Positions 10,079-19,092 of a stretch of DNA of 64,000 nt are shown here, piece by piece (the stretch's first letter is position 1; every line of letters begins with the position of its first letter). The DNA is from Gemmatimonadaceae bacterium (GTDB taxonomy: Bacteria; Gemmatimonadota; Gemmatimonadetes; Gemmatimonadales; Gemmatimonadaceae): contig DAINRQ010000030.1 of the NCBI GenBank assembly GCA_036741775.1, forward strand, positions 477-64,476. Reading direction: 5' to 3'. The notes beneath the pieces were generated by a model. That model did not search any database, was not told where the DNA came from, and saw only the letters and a program-made list of their open reading frames with translations. The translations under genes and the position numbers were made by a program.

Positions 10079-10444
10079 ATGAAGCTGCTGTGCGCCGACG
10101 ACGAGCCGGATCTCAGAACGATCCTGGAGCTCGCGTTATCGATCGATCCCGGGTTCGAGGTCGAGATCGTGTCGTCGGGGACGGAGCTGCTCGAGCGGGC
10201 GTCGCGCGGCAGCTACGACGCGTTCGTGCTGGACGGCATGATGCCTGGGCTGGACGGCTACGAGACCTGCCGCCGGCTCAAGGGCGATCCGAGCACGGCT
10301 GGCATTCCCGTGATCTTCCTCACCGCGAAGACCCAGCAGGACGAGATGCGCCGCGCCCTCGCCCTCGGCGCGACGGCGTGCCTGGTGAAGCCGTTCGATC
10401 CGCTCACGCTCGCGATGGAGCTGCGCGCGGCGCTGGAACCGTAA
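10079..10444 (+). CDS. single-domain response regulator (CheY-like)
   Basis: 121 aa with CADDEPD...LDGMMPGLDG...LTAK...VKPF. Divergent from the HPt/REC gene. Confidence 0.9.
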   Translation: MKLLCADDEPDLRTILELALSIDPGFEVEIVSSGTELLERASRGSYDAFVLDGMMPGLDGYETCRRLKGDPSTAGIPVIFLTAKTQQDEMRRALALGATACLVKPFDPLTLAMELRAALEP

Positions 10445-10446
10445 CA

Positions 10447-10616
10447 ATCGGGAATCGGGACTCGCCTCTGGGACGCCACCGTCCCGCGAGCCGTTCCCCT
10501 GGCATTTCAGGCCGCTCGCGAGAGCGACCGTGCCGCCGCCCGAGTCATCTTCGTCATCCGTCCGTCCCGTCCGTCCTCTCCTCCTGCCGTTCCCGGACCG
10601 GTCGCGAAGCTCGGAG
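10447..10616. repeat. structured repeat, family 1, copy B (single module preceded by 2x CGGGAAT-like heptamers)
   Basis: ...gggacgccaccgtcccgcgagccgttcccct..caggccgctcgcgagagcgaccgtgccgccgc..catcttcgtcatcc..gccgttcccggaccggtcgcgaagctcggag aligns with the right-hand module of copy A and with 61244..61390. Lies between convergent genes. Confidence 0.8.
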
Positions 10617-10617
10617 A

Positions 10618-10638
10618 ACCTAACGAGCCCGCCTAACG
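10618..10638. other. two direct copies of the abundant octamer (ACCTAACG, GCCTAACG) 13 nt apart
   Basis: aaCCTAACGagcccGCCTAACGg. The second copy supplies the TAG stop (10635..10633) of the GAF/PAS kinase. See the octamer finding. Confidence 0.9.
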
Positions 10639-12942
10639 GCCAACTACCGAACCAGGGGACTCCGTCAAACCCGACTCGTTCGGAGCCGCAAGGCGGACTG
10701 GCAGCCACGCGGTGAAGGTCGTGCCGACGCCGAAGCTGCTCTCTACCTCCACGCTCCCGCCGAGCCGCTCGAGGAGCTTCCTCGTGATGCTGAGGCCGAG
10801 CCCCGTCCCGCCGAACTCGCGCGTACGCGACTGGTCGATTTGCCGGAAGTCCTCCCAGATCGCGGCGAGGTGCTCGCCCTTGATGCCGATCCCGCTGTCG
10901 CTCACCGCAATGCACACCTGGTCCCCCGTGCGGGTCGCGTTCAGGCGCACCCACCCCGTATGGGTGAATTTGACGGCATTCGAGAGGAGGTTGAGGAGGA
11001 TCTGCTTCAGCTTCGTGCGGTCGGTGTAGACGAACAGGCGGTCGTCATCCACCTGGTATGTCGCCTCGAGCCGTTTTTTCCGGACCATCGGCTCGAGCTG
11101 CTGCGCCACCTCGGTCACGACGTCCGCGAGCGGGATCTCCTCGAGGTGGAGCGGCATCTTCCCGGCCTCGATCTTCGCGAGGTCGAGGATGTCGTCGATG
11201 AGGGCCTGCAGATGCTGCCCGGCAGCGCGGATCCGCTCCAGGCTGTCGATCTGCTGGGTCGTGACGTCGCCGAACAGGCGGTCGAGGAGCAGCGACGTGT
11301 GCCCGAGCACGGCGTTGAGTGGCGTGCGCAGCTCGTGCGACATGCTCGCGAGAAACTCGGACTTGAGCCGGTTCGCGCGCGCGAGTTCCTGCGACTGCCA
11401 TTGCAGCTTGAGGTTCTGCGCCTCGAGGTCCGCCGTGGCGGCGCGGATGCGCTCCTCGAGCTGCGCCGAGAACTTCTTGAGCTCCTCGTACAGCCGCTCG
11501 TTCTCGACCTGTTTCGTCAGGTCGTGCACGACCGACACGATGACGCTCGGCTCGCCGTGCTCGTTGATGATCTTGCCCGACACGACCTCGACTGGGAGCT
11601 CGCGCCCGCTGGACGGGTCGGTGAGCGTCATCCGCGACCGACGCGAGATGGCGGTGCCTAACGTGAACTCCGAGATGAAGGACGTGAACTTCGTGTCGTT
11701 GCCACGGATGGCCTGGATGGCACCGTAGTTTCGTTTGCCACCCTCGCGCACCTGGAACAGCCGCTCTGCCTCCTCGTTCATCATGATGATGTTCGACTGG
11801 TCGTCAGTCACGAGGATGGGGTCGGCGACGTTCTCCAGAATGAGGTTGAGGCGATCGCGCTCGCGCGTGGCTTCGAATTCGGCGAGTCGCACGCGCTGCA
11901 TCTGGCGCTCGAGCTCGTGGCCGGCACGGCGGAGGTCCGTCACGTCTCGCAGCACCGAGAGTACCGCCCCCGCCCCCTGGGCCTCGCCGCCGAGCGGGTG
12001 CGCCAGCACCTCGAACAGCAGGTCGGTGCCCTCGCCCGGGTCGACGAGGTTCAACTCGCGCGGCCCGCTCTGGAGCCCGCCGGTCATCACCGCGCGCGCG
12101 AGGTACGACGTGAACAGCAGGTTATTGACCTCCACGGCGCGGCGGCGCCCTTCGGAGTCCGACTCGCGCGTGTTGAGTAGCCGCTCCGCGCGCGCGTTCT
12201 GGACGATGATGTCGTTCGCGGCGTTCGTGATGACGATGGGGTCGGGCAGCGAGTCGATGATGCTCGTTAGGCGATCGCGCTCCTTCGTCGCCCGGTCCGC
12301 GGTCTGGCGGACCGCGGTCGCCATTCCCATGCGCGCCAGAATGGGCCCGGCAAACATCGCGATGCGTGCCAGCGCTGCGACCACCTCCGGGTCCGCGTCG
12401 CCCTCGATCACGGCCACCCCGGCGGGCGCCTGGCCGAACCACTCCGTGTTGCGTGCCGGGCGCGCCCCGAACGTGAGCCGCAACGGACCCATGAGGTCCA
12501 TCGCGCGCGCGAGCGGAAGGACGGGCGGGCCGGTGCGGTCGTCACCGCGCGGCAGCGGGAGCGCGGTCCAGTGGCGGAATGCCAGCCGCGGGTCACGAGT
12601 CGAATCCGGCCCCGCGACGATCGGGTGGAGCGACAACGCCGACACCACGATGGGGTGCGACAGGTCGCTCACCGACAGCGTCGGAATGCCACGCCCGTCG
12701 AACCCGACGAGCGCGACGACACCGAGCGACTCCATCGCCGGGTCGAGCAGACGAACGAACCCGCGGCTCGAGCCGGACAGCTCCCCGAGCCGCGACAGCA
12801 GGAACGCGGCCGACGACGCGAGGTCGGGTGCCTCGGCGAGTGTGGCGAGCAGCTCGTCGAGGTCCGTCGCACCGCGCGGCGCCGCTTCCGCGTGCGTCAG
12901 ATCACGGACCGACTTGGTCAAGACGCCGGCGTAGCTCGGCAT
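10633..12942 (-). CDS. sensor histidine kinase with long GAF/PAS-type N-terminal region
   Basis: H-box [16 protein letters not shown]; [15 protein letters not shown] and GTGLGLSI boxes. ATG 12942 overlaps the gvpA 3' end by 41 nt, so the start is somewhat uncertain (in-frame TTG at 12921). Confidence 0.85.
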   Translation of the reverse strand: MPSYAGVLTKSVRDLTHAEAAPRGATDLDELLATLAEAPDLASSAAFLLSRLGELSGSSRGFVRLLDPAMESLGVVALVGFDGRGIPTLSVSDLSHPIVVSALSLHPIVAGPDSTRDPRLAFRHWTALPLPRGDDRTGPPVLPLARAMDLMGPLRLTFGARPARNTEWFGQAPAGVAVIEGDADPEVVAALARIAMFAGPILARMGMATAVRQTADRATKERDRLTSIIDSLPDPIVITNAANDIIVQNARAERLLNTRESDSEGRRRAVEVNNLLFTSYLARAVMTGGLQSGPRELNLVDPGEGTDLLFEVLAHPLGGEAQGAGAVLSVLRDVTDLRRAGHELERQMQRVRLAEFEATRERDRLNLILENVADPILVTDDQSNIIMMNEEAERLFQVREGGKRNYGAIQAIRGNDTKFTSFISEFTLGTAISRRSRMTLTDPSSGRELPVEVVSGKIINEHGEPSVIVSVVHDLTKQVENERLYEELKKFSAQLEERIRAATADLEAQNLKLQWQSQELARANRLKSEFLASMSHELRTPLNAVLGHTSLLLDRLFGDVTTQQIDSLERIRAAGQHLQALIDDILDLAKIEAGKMPLHLEEIPLADVVTEVAQQLEPMVRKKRLEATYQVDDDRLFVYTDRTKLKQILLNLLSNAVKFTHTGWVRLNATRTGDQVCIAVSDSGIGIKGEHLAAIWEDFRQIDQSRTREFGGTGLGLSITRKLLERLGGSVEVESSFGVGTTFTAWLPVRLAAPNESGLTESPGSVVGR

Positions 12943-13204
12943 TCTCGCGCATCACTCGCTCGAGCTCCGAGTCGGTGTCAGCGACGAGCTCGCGCGGGCG
13001 CGACACGGGCGCGGTGATGCCGACCGCTTCCGAGTACTTCAAATACGTGTCGATCGATGCGACGACGACACGCGCTTCGACCGTAACGAGGTCAATGCCG
13101 ACGAGTGAGACGCGGACCCACGCGTCGATGACGATTCCCTTGTCGAGAACCCGATCCAGAACATCGATGAGGGAACTCCCGCTCGGGGAGCGTTCTACGG
13201 CCAT
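12902..13204 (-). CDS. gvpA: gas vesicle structural protein GvpA (with C-terminal extension)
   Basis: [54 protein letters not shown] is the canonical GvpA core. GGAG lies 9 nt upstream of the ATG. Confidence 0.9.
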   Translation of the reverse strand: MAVERSPSGSSLIDVLDRVLDKGIVIDAWVRVSLVGIDLVTVEARVVVASIDTYLKYSEAVGITAPVSRPRELVADTDSELERVMRENAELRRRLDQVGP

Positions 13205-13232
13205 TAGAGCCTACTCCGCAGGTGAGAAGGTC

Positions 13233-13559
13233 TTACGTCTTCCGGCGCGTCGATCGCTGGGACTCGGCGGTGAGCTGCTCCAGTCCGCGCTCGATGCGCT
13301 CGAGCCGCCGCTCGATTTCGCCCGCAAGAAGCGGGCTCGACGGTGCAGAGGTCAAGCGCGGATCATGGCGCCACCAGTTCAACCCGATCTGCTCCGCTTT
13401 GTCGATCGAGCACACGAGCAGACGCACCTGGATCGTGAGCAGTTCGACGTTCGCGAGATTGATCTTGATGTCACCGGCGATCACCAAGCCCTTGTCCAGC
13501 ACGCGGTCGAGAATCTCGACCAGCCCGTGACCGCGCGATGGTGTAACGAGATCGGCCAA
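13233..13559 (-). CDS. gvpJ: gas vesicle protein GvpJ/M (GvpA family)
   Basis: [48 protein letters not shown] start with GGAG upstream. Confidence 0.8.
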   Translation of the reverse strand: MADLVTPSRGHGLVEILDRVLDKGLVIAGDIKINLANVELLTIQVRLLVCSIDKAEQIGLNWWRHDPRLTSAPSSPLLAGEIERRLERIERGLEQLTAESQRSTRRKT

Positions 13560-13596
13560 GCAGGAACACTCCGACGGCCACTCCCCGCGGCCGTGG

Positions 13597-13956
13597 TTAG
13601 CGTAAGCGACCCAATGGGCCCAAATCGATCTGCAGGTCTTCGTCAGAGAGCCCGAAGACCTCCTTCAACTGCCCCATGCGTTCGTCGAGCTTGAGCAGCG
13701 CAAGCCCCAGCCGCTCGATCTCCTCATCGCTCAAGCCGCCCCCGTCCATCCGCCTGACCGCTTGATGCTCCAAGACCTTACGCACCACTTCAATCAGGGT
13801 CAAGACGAGCCGAGCCAGTCCTTGCTCCACTCGCTCGGGATCCGCGTTGATCCGATCGGGCAACGCGCTCGCGATCTCCGCGAGCTTCGTCTCGAGCTCC
13901 CGCCGAAGGTCGTCACCGGCTGATCCGCTGGTGGGCACCCCTGCTTCGTCAGGCAT
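13597..13956 (-). CDS. gvpK: gas vesicle protein GvpK
   Basis: RINADPERVEQGLARLVLTLIEVVRKVLEHQAVRRMDGGGLSDEEIERLG matches the GvpK family core. Confidence 0.85.
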   Translation of the reverse strand: MPDEAGVPTSGSAGDDLRRELETKLAEIASALPDRINADPERVEQGLARLVLTLIEVVRKVLEHQAVRRMDGGGLSDEEIERLGLALLKLDERMGQLKEVFGLSDEDLQIDLGPLGRLR

Positions 13957-14662
13957 CGCCCGCGAACGAATAGGGTGGAAAGGGTCCCAGGAGCGAGGCC
14001 TCTATGCCGCCGGTCGCAAGACACGACGCAATGGTCGCCTGCGCGGCGTCGAGCTCTGGTCGCCGAACGAGTAGCGGAAAGAACGCGAGCCGGCGCGCGG
14101 CCTCGCATCGCTGCAGCTCCACGATGAACGGCTTGGCGGCCTCGCGCACGGCGTGTCGGATCTCCTCACACCCGACTTCGCGCGCCAGATCAGCGCGCCC
14201 CTCACGAGCGAGACGCCGAAGAAACGCCGTCCCGCGACGCGTCGCCGGGTCTGCGCCGGGTTCGGGCCTGGCCGTTTCGGGCACGGGCGTCGCCGGCTCC
14301 TGTGGCTCGCGGCCGCGCGAGACGACCACCCGCAGCTCGACGCACCCGGCGACGCGGGCGAGGCGCTCGTGAAGGGTCGCACGCCGGGACGCGATCGCGG
14401 ATGCGGCCGCCCCGTCGTCCGCGAACGTCTGCCCGAACCGGATTGGCAACGGGGTTTCGCCGGATTGCATGGCCGCGGCGCACACGGCGTCGTGTGCCTT
14501 CACCCGCTCCAGCGTCGAGGCGACGGGCACATCGGGTACGTCGCTCACCCATGCCGTGAGCCCTGTAGCGAAAAGCGACCGGACCGCAGCGCCATTCAGT
14601 CCGGTGAGATCCGACGGCGCCGGCCGCGGGTCGTTTCGAATGCAGTACAGATATGTGGCCAT
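13949..14662 (-). CDS. gvpL: gas vesicle protein GvpL/GvpF family
   Basis: Trimmed to ATG 14662 (MATYLYCI...). Contains PLPIRFGQTF and ends ...GPFPPYSFAGDA, typical of GvpL_GvpF proteins. Its stop overlaps the gvpK start by 8 nt. Confidence 0.8.
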   Translation of the reverse strand: MATYLYCIRNDPRPAPSDLTGLNGAAVRSLFATGLTAWVSDVPDVPVASTLERVKAHDAVCAAAMQSGETPLPIRFGQTFADDGAAASAIASRRATLHERLARVAGCVELRVVVSRGREPQEPATPVPETARPEPGADPATRRGTAFLRRLAREGRADLAREVGCEEIRHAVREAAKPFIVELQRCEAARRLAFFPLLVRRPELDAAQATIASCLATGGIEASLLGPFPPYSFAGDA

Positions 14663-14675
14663 CGATACCTCGGCC

Positions 14676-14885
14676 TCAGTGATCCGGTTCGCCCGCAGCC
14701 GCTTTCCGCTCCCGCGCGCGCGCCGTCTCGACCGCGGTGAGCACAACGGTCAGGTCGAGCTGAATGAGGTCGATGTCCGCGACCGAGATCGTGACGCTCC
14801 CGGCGATGACGGCGCCTTTGTCGAGAACGCGGTTGATGAGGTCCGAGAGCTCCAGTGGGGCGTTGTCGATCGTCGAGTCCCTCAC
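14676..14885 (-). CDS. small GvpA-fold gas vesicle protein (GvpM/GvpS-like), 69 aa
   Basis: Hidden inside spurious ORF 14676..15524. GTG 14885 follows GGGGGAGG by 5 nt and overlaps the upstream gvpF/L TGA (GTGA). Reads LSDLINRVLDKGAVIAGSVTISVADIDLIQLDLTVVLTAVETA. Confidence 0.75.
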   Translation of the reverse strand: MRDSTIDNAPLELSDLINRVLDKGAVIAGSVTISVADIDLIQLDLTVVLTAVETARARERKAAAGEPDH

Positions 14886-15703
14886 GATGCCTCCCCCTCG
14901 CCGTGCCCCTCGATCGTCGCACCGCGCCTCGCGAAATGGTACGGAGGCCACGGTCCCGTAAACTCGATGCGAAAGCCACGAGCGTCGTACTCCCGCACGA
15001 GGTCCGTAACGGCAGCACGGAAGTTCTCGATGCGATCGTGTGCAACGAGGAACGACGCGTCGAGCACCGCGATGCCGGTTTGCGCGCCGGTTGGCGCTGG
15101 GAGCGGATCTTCCACCGATTCGAGCGCGCACGCCGCGAGTCGCTCGAACGCGCGAGTGCCCACGTCTCGCGAAACAGTCGCGAGCTCCTCTTTCGTCATC
15201 GCCTCGAGCTTCCGGCCGAGCAAATACCCTTGGCCCGGTGCCGAAGCCTCGGTCACCTGCCGCGCCAGTTCCGCGATCGTGGGACTGTACTCGGCCAGGA
15301 CGCTTCGAAGCTCGCCGTCCACGCGAAACATGCGCACGCCGTACTCCCGCCCACGCCCGACGTGCGCCAGCAGCCCGCGAAGCTCGGAGGCGCGAGCGCG
15401 CAGCATGCCGCGCACCGCGTCCTCCGACCGGAAGAGCGAGAGGAGCGGCAACGGCACCAGCGGTCCGGTATCGCTCGCCCAGGTGAGAACCCGGTCGTGC
15501 GCGGCAGCGCGCGGCCCAAGCCACGCAACGTCCGCGAGCCGGTCGTCCAGCCCCTCACCATAGGAGGGGCTCACACGGCTAACGACTGCGGCGAGCTCGC
15601 CTTCCCGGACGAGCAAAACCGGCGTCTCGTCCACGCCCGCCGGCGCGCCGCCGAAATCGGCGTCGCCGGGAACGACGGCATAGATGTACACGAGGTCAGA
15701 CAT
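14882..15703 (-). CDS. gas vesicle protein GvpF/GvpL family
   Basis: Trimmed to ATG 15703 (MSDLVYIYAVV...). Contains PLPLLSLFRS and ends ...FTGPWPPYHFA. Confidence 0.8.
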   Translation of the reverse strand: MSDLVYIYAVVPGDADFGGAPAGVDETPVLLVREGELAAVVSRVSPSYGEGLDDRLADVAWLGPRAAAHDRVLTWASDTGPLVPLPLLSLFRSEDAVRGMLRARASELRGLLAHVGRGREYGVRMFRVDGELRSVLAEYSPTIAELARQVTEASAPGQGYLLGRKLEAMTKEELATVSRDVGTRAFERLAACALESVEDPLPAPTGAQTGIAVLDASFLVAHDRIENFRAAVTDLVREYDARGFRIEFTGPWPPYHFARRGATIEGHGEGEAS

Positions 15704-17612
15704 CTGGGTGGAGCACTCTCCAGCCACCGAGCCAGTCCAGCAGGCGCGCCGGGCCGACGAGTGGCGGCGCGACATCCGGCGCAACAAACTGCCCGAGCGG
15801 TCCCGCGACTGGAAGAGGCAGCGGCGCACACACCGCACGATTCCACACGAGCGCCGGGACGTAGTTGCCGAGCGCTCGCACGCGTTCCACCACGCGAACG
15901 GACTCGCTGCGCACGATCGGCTCGTCGAGCGCCACGACCACGACACCGGCACGCGCCGGGTCGTGAAGCATCTCGCGCACTGAGCGGGTGCGCCGCGCGA
16001 ACGTCAGGAGTTCGGCCGACGTTTCCCCACCTCCGGCGAGCTCACGGTACTTGAGCATCAGTCGCAACAACCGGTGAGACCAGTCGAGCGCGAGTGCCGG
16101 CATCTCGAGCAGCCTGATGAGATGTCCCGTTGGCGCAGGATCGATCACGATTCGGTCGAATGTCCCCTCGGTGATCATGTCACCGAGCCACACGAGCGCA
16201 TAGAGCTCGTCGATCCCGGGGGGAGCGAGCGCGAGGAGATCGCGTGCGACGGCCCGGTCGTGCTGCGCGTCGACGCCGGGGCCGAGGAGGGCGTCGAACG
16301 CGACGTCCACCCGCGCCTGGTACGCGTCGCGCCACCGCCCGAACTCGGCAGTCGCATCGACCTGGCGGGCGACGAGGCCGAAGCCCTTTTTCACCACGTG
16401 ATCGCTGGAGCCGACCGGTCGCTCGAGCGCATCCGCAACGGACGGCGCCGGGTCCGTGGACACGAGGAACGTGCGAGCGCCGGACCGCGCAGCCGCGAGA
16501 GCCAGCGCACAGGAGATCGTCGTTTTCCCGACGCCGCCCTTGCCGCCCACGATGAGTACAGGCGGAAGCGACTCGACGACGGGCCCGGCGGGTGACAGCG
16601 ATGCGAGAGCGCGGGCGCGAGATCGACCCGCCCGCACGCGCGGCTGGCGTGGCCGCGAGCCACCTGGCGCTGCGCTCGCGGCGGCCTGGGTACGCAGCTG
16701 CCGAACGCCAGCGATCCACCGCGTGATGTCATCTGCCCCTCCGCCCAGGCCGGCCAGCTCGGGAACGGCGAACGAGCGCACCCCGGGCGCGACCGCGCGA
16801 ACCCGATCCGCGGCGCCGGTGGCGTCGCCGCTCTGACCGCGACCCACGGCGTTGACGAGCACGACACGAACAGGCACGCCCAGCTCGCCTAACGCGATCG
16901 CGTACCGCTCCGTTTCGGAGACGACGACCGGCTCGGCGCGCGTCACCAGCACGACCCCGGTGCGCTCACCATCGGTCAGCAGGCGGCGGAGCCGCTCGAC
17001 CTTGCCGCGCAGATCGGCGAGAAACGCGTCGGCCTCGTCGGTGCGGTAGCGCCGGAGCAGCGCGGAGACCATGAACCGGTGCTTCGCCTGCATCGTCTCG
17101 AGCAGGTCGATGACAGCGTGAAACGTCTCCGGCAGCGCGAGGAGACGAAGCGTGTGGCCGGTCGGTGCCGTGTCGAGAATCACGCGGCTCCACGTCCCTG
17201 TGTCCGCCAGATCGGCCAACGCGAGCAATGCCATGGTCTCGTCGACTCCGGGCATCGCCGCGGCAACGAGGCCGTCGATGTCATCGCGGTCGAGGTACGT
17301 CCCGCGGTCGATGATGGTGGCGATCACGTCGCCCCACTCGCCGAGAAACGCCGTCCGCGCGGCGTTGGCGTCGAGCTGCGCGGCGGCGAGACCCGTAACG
17401 GTTTCGAGCGCGCGCGGTTTGCCCGCGAGCGCTGTGCCGAGCACGTCGCCGAGCGTGCCTGCCGGGTCGGTCGAGAGGATGAGCGTCGAGCAACCGCGCC
17501 GCGCACTGTGGAGCGCGAGGGCTGCAGCGCAGGTCGTCTTGCCCACGCCGCCCTTGCCACCGACGAGCGTCCACGGGGAAAGCGACGCGAGGAGCGCGTC
17601 GATCCCCGTCAT
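15696..17612 (-). CDS. tandem two-domain ArsA/GET3-family P-loop ATPase embedded in the gvp operon
   Basis: Two P-loops (VGGKGGVGKTTCAAALA; VGGKGGVGKTTISCALA) and two ArsA-type signatures (ILDTAPTGHTLRLL; VIDPAPTGHLIRLL). ATG 17612 overlaps the gvpG stop (ATGA), and its stop overlaps the next gvpF/L start (ATGTCTGA). Confidence 0.8.
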   Translation of the reverse strand: MTGIDALLASLSPWTLVGGKGGVGKTTCAAALALHSARRGCSTLILSTDPAGTLGDVLGTALAGKPRALETVTGLAAAQLDANAARTAFLGEWGDVIATIIDRGTYLDRDDIDGLVAAAMPGVDETMALLALADLADTGTWSRVILDTAPTGHTLRLLALPETFHAVIDLLETMQAKHRFMVSALLRRYRTDEADAFLADLRGKVERLRRLLTDGERTGVVLVTRAEPVVVSETERYAIALGELGVPVRVVLVNAVGRGQSGDATGAADRVRAVAPGVRSFAVPELAGLGGGADDITRWIAGVRQLRTQAAASAAPGGSRPRQPRVRAGRSRARALASLSPAGPVVESLPPVLIVGGKGGVGKTTISCALALAAARSGARTFLVSTDPAPSVADALERPVGSSDHVVKKGFGLVARQVDATAEFGRWRDAYQARVDVAFDALLGPGVDAQHDRAVARDLLALAPPGIDELYALVWLGDMITEGTFDRIVIDPAPTGHLIRLLEMPALALDWSHRLLRLMLKYRELAGGGETSAELLTFARRTRSVREMLHDPARAGVVVVALDEPIVRSESVRVVERVRALGNYVPALVWNRAVCAPLPLPVAGPLGQFVAPDVAPPLVGPARLLDWLGGWRVLHPDV

Positions 17613-17914
17613 TCGTCGCTGTCGGTCTCCCGAGCGACGCGCACGGGGCCGGCCGCCGTAGCCATCCCGAGCCGCGCGCGCCACTCGCGGACCTCGCGGA
17701 GTCGCTGCATGAGTGCGGCCTCGCGACGTGTGTACTCCGCGTCGTCGATGTCGCCGAGCTCGAGCAGCATCTGCAGCTCCATGAGCTCCTGCTTCACCGG
17801 CGCGTCATCCACGAGCTCCTCCTCGACCACGCGCTGGACCTTGCCTAACGACCAGCGGATGCCGGCGACGGGACCGGCGATGGGAAAGAACAGCAGCTTG
17901 GTCAGGAGGCCCAT
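17609..17914 (-). CDS. gvpG: gas vesicle protein GvpG
   Basis: MGLLTKLLFFPIAGPVAGIRWSLGKVQRVVEEEL...LQMLLELGDIDDAEYTRREAALMQRL fits the GvpG pattern. Confidence 0.8.
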   Translation of the reverse strand: MGLLTKLLFFPIAGPVAGIRWSLGKVQRVVEEELVDDAPVKQELMELQMLLELGDIDDAEYTRREAALMQRLREVREWRARLGMATAAGPVRVARETDSDE

Positions 17915-17932
17915 AACGGGAACAGGGAACCC

Positions 17933-18739
17933 TCAGTTGGCTTTCTCCAACTTCAACTTGATGTTGACGAAGTTGTACGGCGGCCACGGCCCCGTGTACT
18001 TGAACTGCAAGAGCTCCTCGTACCGGCGACTCACTTCCTTCACCTTGTCGTCGAACGCGCGCTCCTGGGTCCGCTCGACGAGGAACGCGGCGTTCAGGAT
18101 CATGCGGTCGCCGATGACCTTGTTACTCCGACTAGCCACGGCGACGGGTTTGAGCGCCTCGTGAATGTCGGCGACGTAGCGGCTCTGCACCCCCTCGAGC
18201 GCCGATTCCACGAGCCGGCCGAGCTGCATCCGGGCGAAGTACGTGGACGACGCCGTGTTCCTGCTGATCTCATCCTTGAGACGCCGGATCTCGTCGTTCT
18301 CGCGCTCGAGGTTCGCGATGACTCGCTCTCGCTCCCACAGGACCTTGAGACCGAACTCGATCTTGTCCTGCATCTTGTCGAGCACGTCGCTGAATGCCTG
18401 GTAGGTCGAGCGCAGGAGCTCGGTGACATCCTCCTCCGAGCGGAATACCGTCCCGAACGACATCGGGATCACGGTGAACTCGCGCATGACCGTCTCGTTG
18501 ACGAACTCGTGCGCGAGCACATGCTCGCGCGTGGGGTCGTAGATGACGAGCGGCGTGTCACTGACGATCGCCGCGAGATCGCGGTAGTGGACCGTGTAGA
18601 CGCGCTGCCCACCACCAATCCCTACGCTGCCGAAGTCACGCGGCTTGTCGAGCCGGATGATGCAGTACACGTACTTGCCATCGACCGCGGGTTGCGCGAG
18701 CGACGGTGTATCGGTCCGGACGGTCTGCGGTTCGGTCAT
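17933..18739 (-). CDS. gvpF: gas vesicle protein GvpF
   Basis: Trimmed to ATG 18739 (MTEPQTV...). KYVYCIIR, TVIPMSFGTVFRSEEDV and ...YTGPWPPYNFV. First gene of the operon. Confidence 0.85.
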   Translation of the reverse strand: MTEPQTVRTDTPSLAQPAVDGKYVYCIIRLDKPRDFGSVGIGGGQRVYTVHYRDLAAIVSDTPLVIYDPTREHVLAHEFVNETVMREFTVIPMSFGTVFRSEEDVTELLRSTYQAFSDVLDKMQDKIEFGLKVLWERERVIANLERENDEIRRLKDEISRNTASSTYFARMQLGRLVESALEGVQSRYVADIHEALKPVAVASRSNKVIGDRMILNAAFLVERTQERAFDDKVKEVSRRYEELLQFKYTGPWPPYNFVNIKLKLEKAN

Positions 18740-19092
18740 CGCGGGGGGGTCCCGGTTTGGCGTCGCCTGCACGAAGCCCCCGAATGTGCGGGGAGCGTCG
18801 GCAGAAGGTAGCTCCAGGGCTTGGCGGCGGGAATGGTCCCTGCCATGCAGTAGGACGAAACGACTGTCAGTTCGGACGATAGGAGCCGCGTGCCGCGCCG
18901 TTGCGAGCCCGCCTTGCCCGCAGAACGCACCGGCCGCGAGGGTCGCCGTGCAGGTCAGCATCCGTCTCGCCAGCCAGGCCACGTGGCGTGAGTTGGCCGC
19001 TCTTACAGCCCTGTTCGCCCTCGCCCACCTCGCCGTCACGATCCTCGGATTCGGATTCGGGCTCACGGAACTCTGTGGGGCTCCGACGGCTC

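Noticed and set aside
12902-12942. 41-nt overlap of gvpA and the downstream kinase, considered as evidence of a frameshift or fusion
   Set aside because: Both frames are intact with their own stop and start. An in-frame TTG at 12921 would shorten the overlap. The overlap is treated as ordinary operon compaction.
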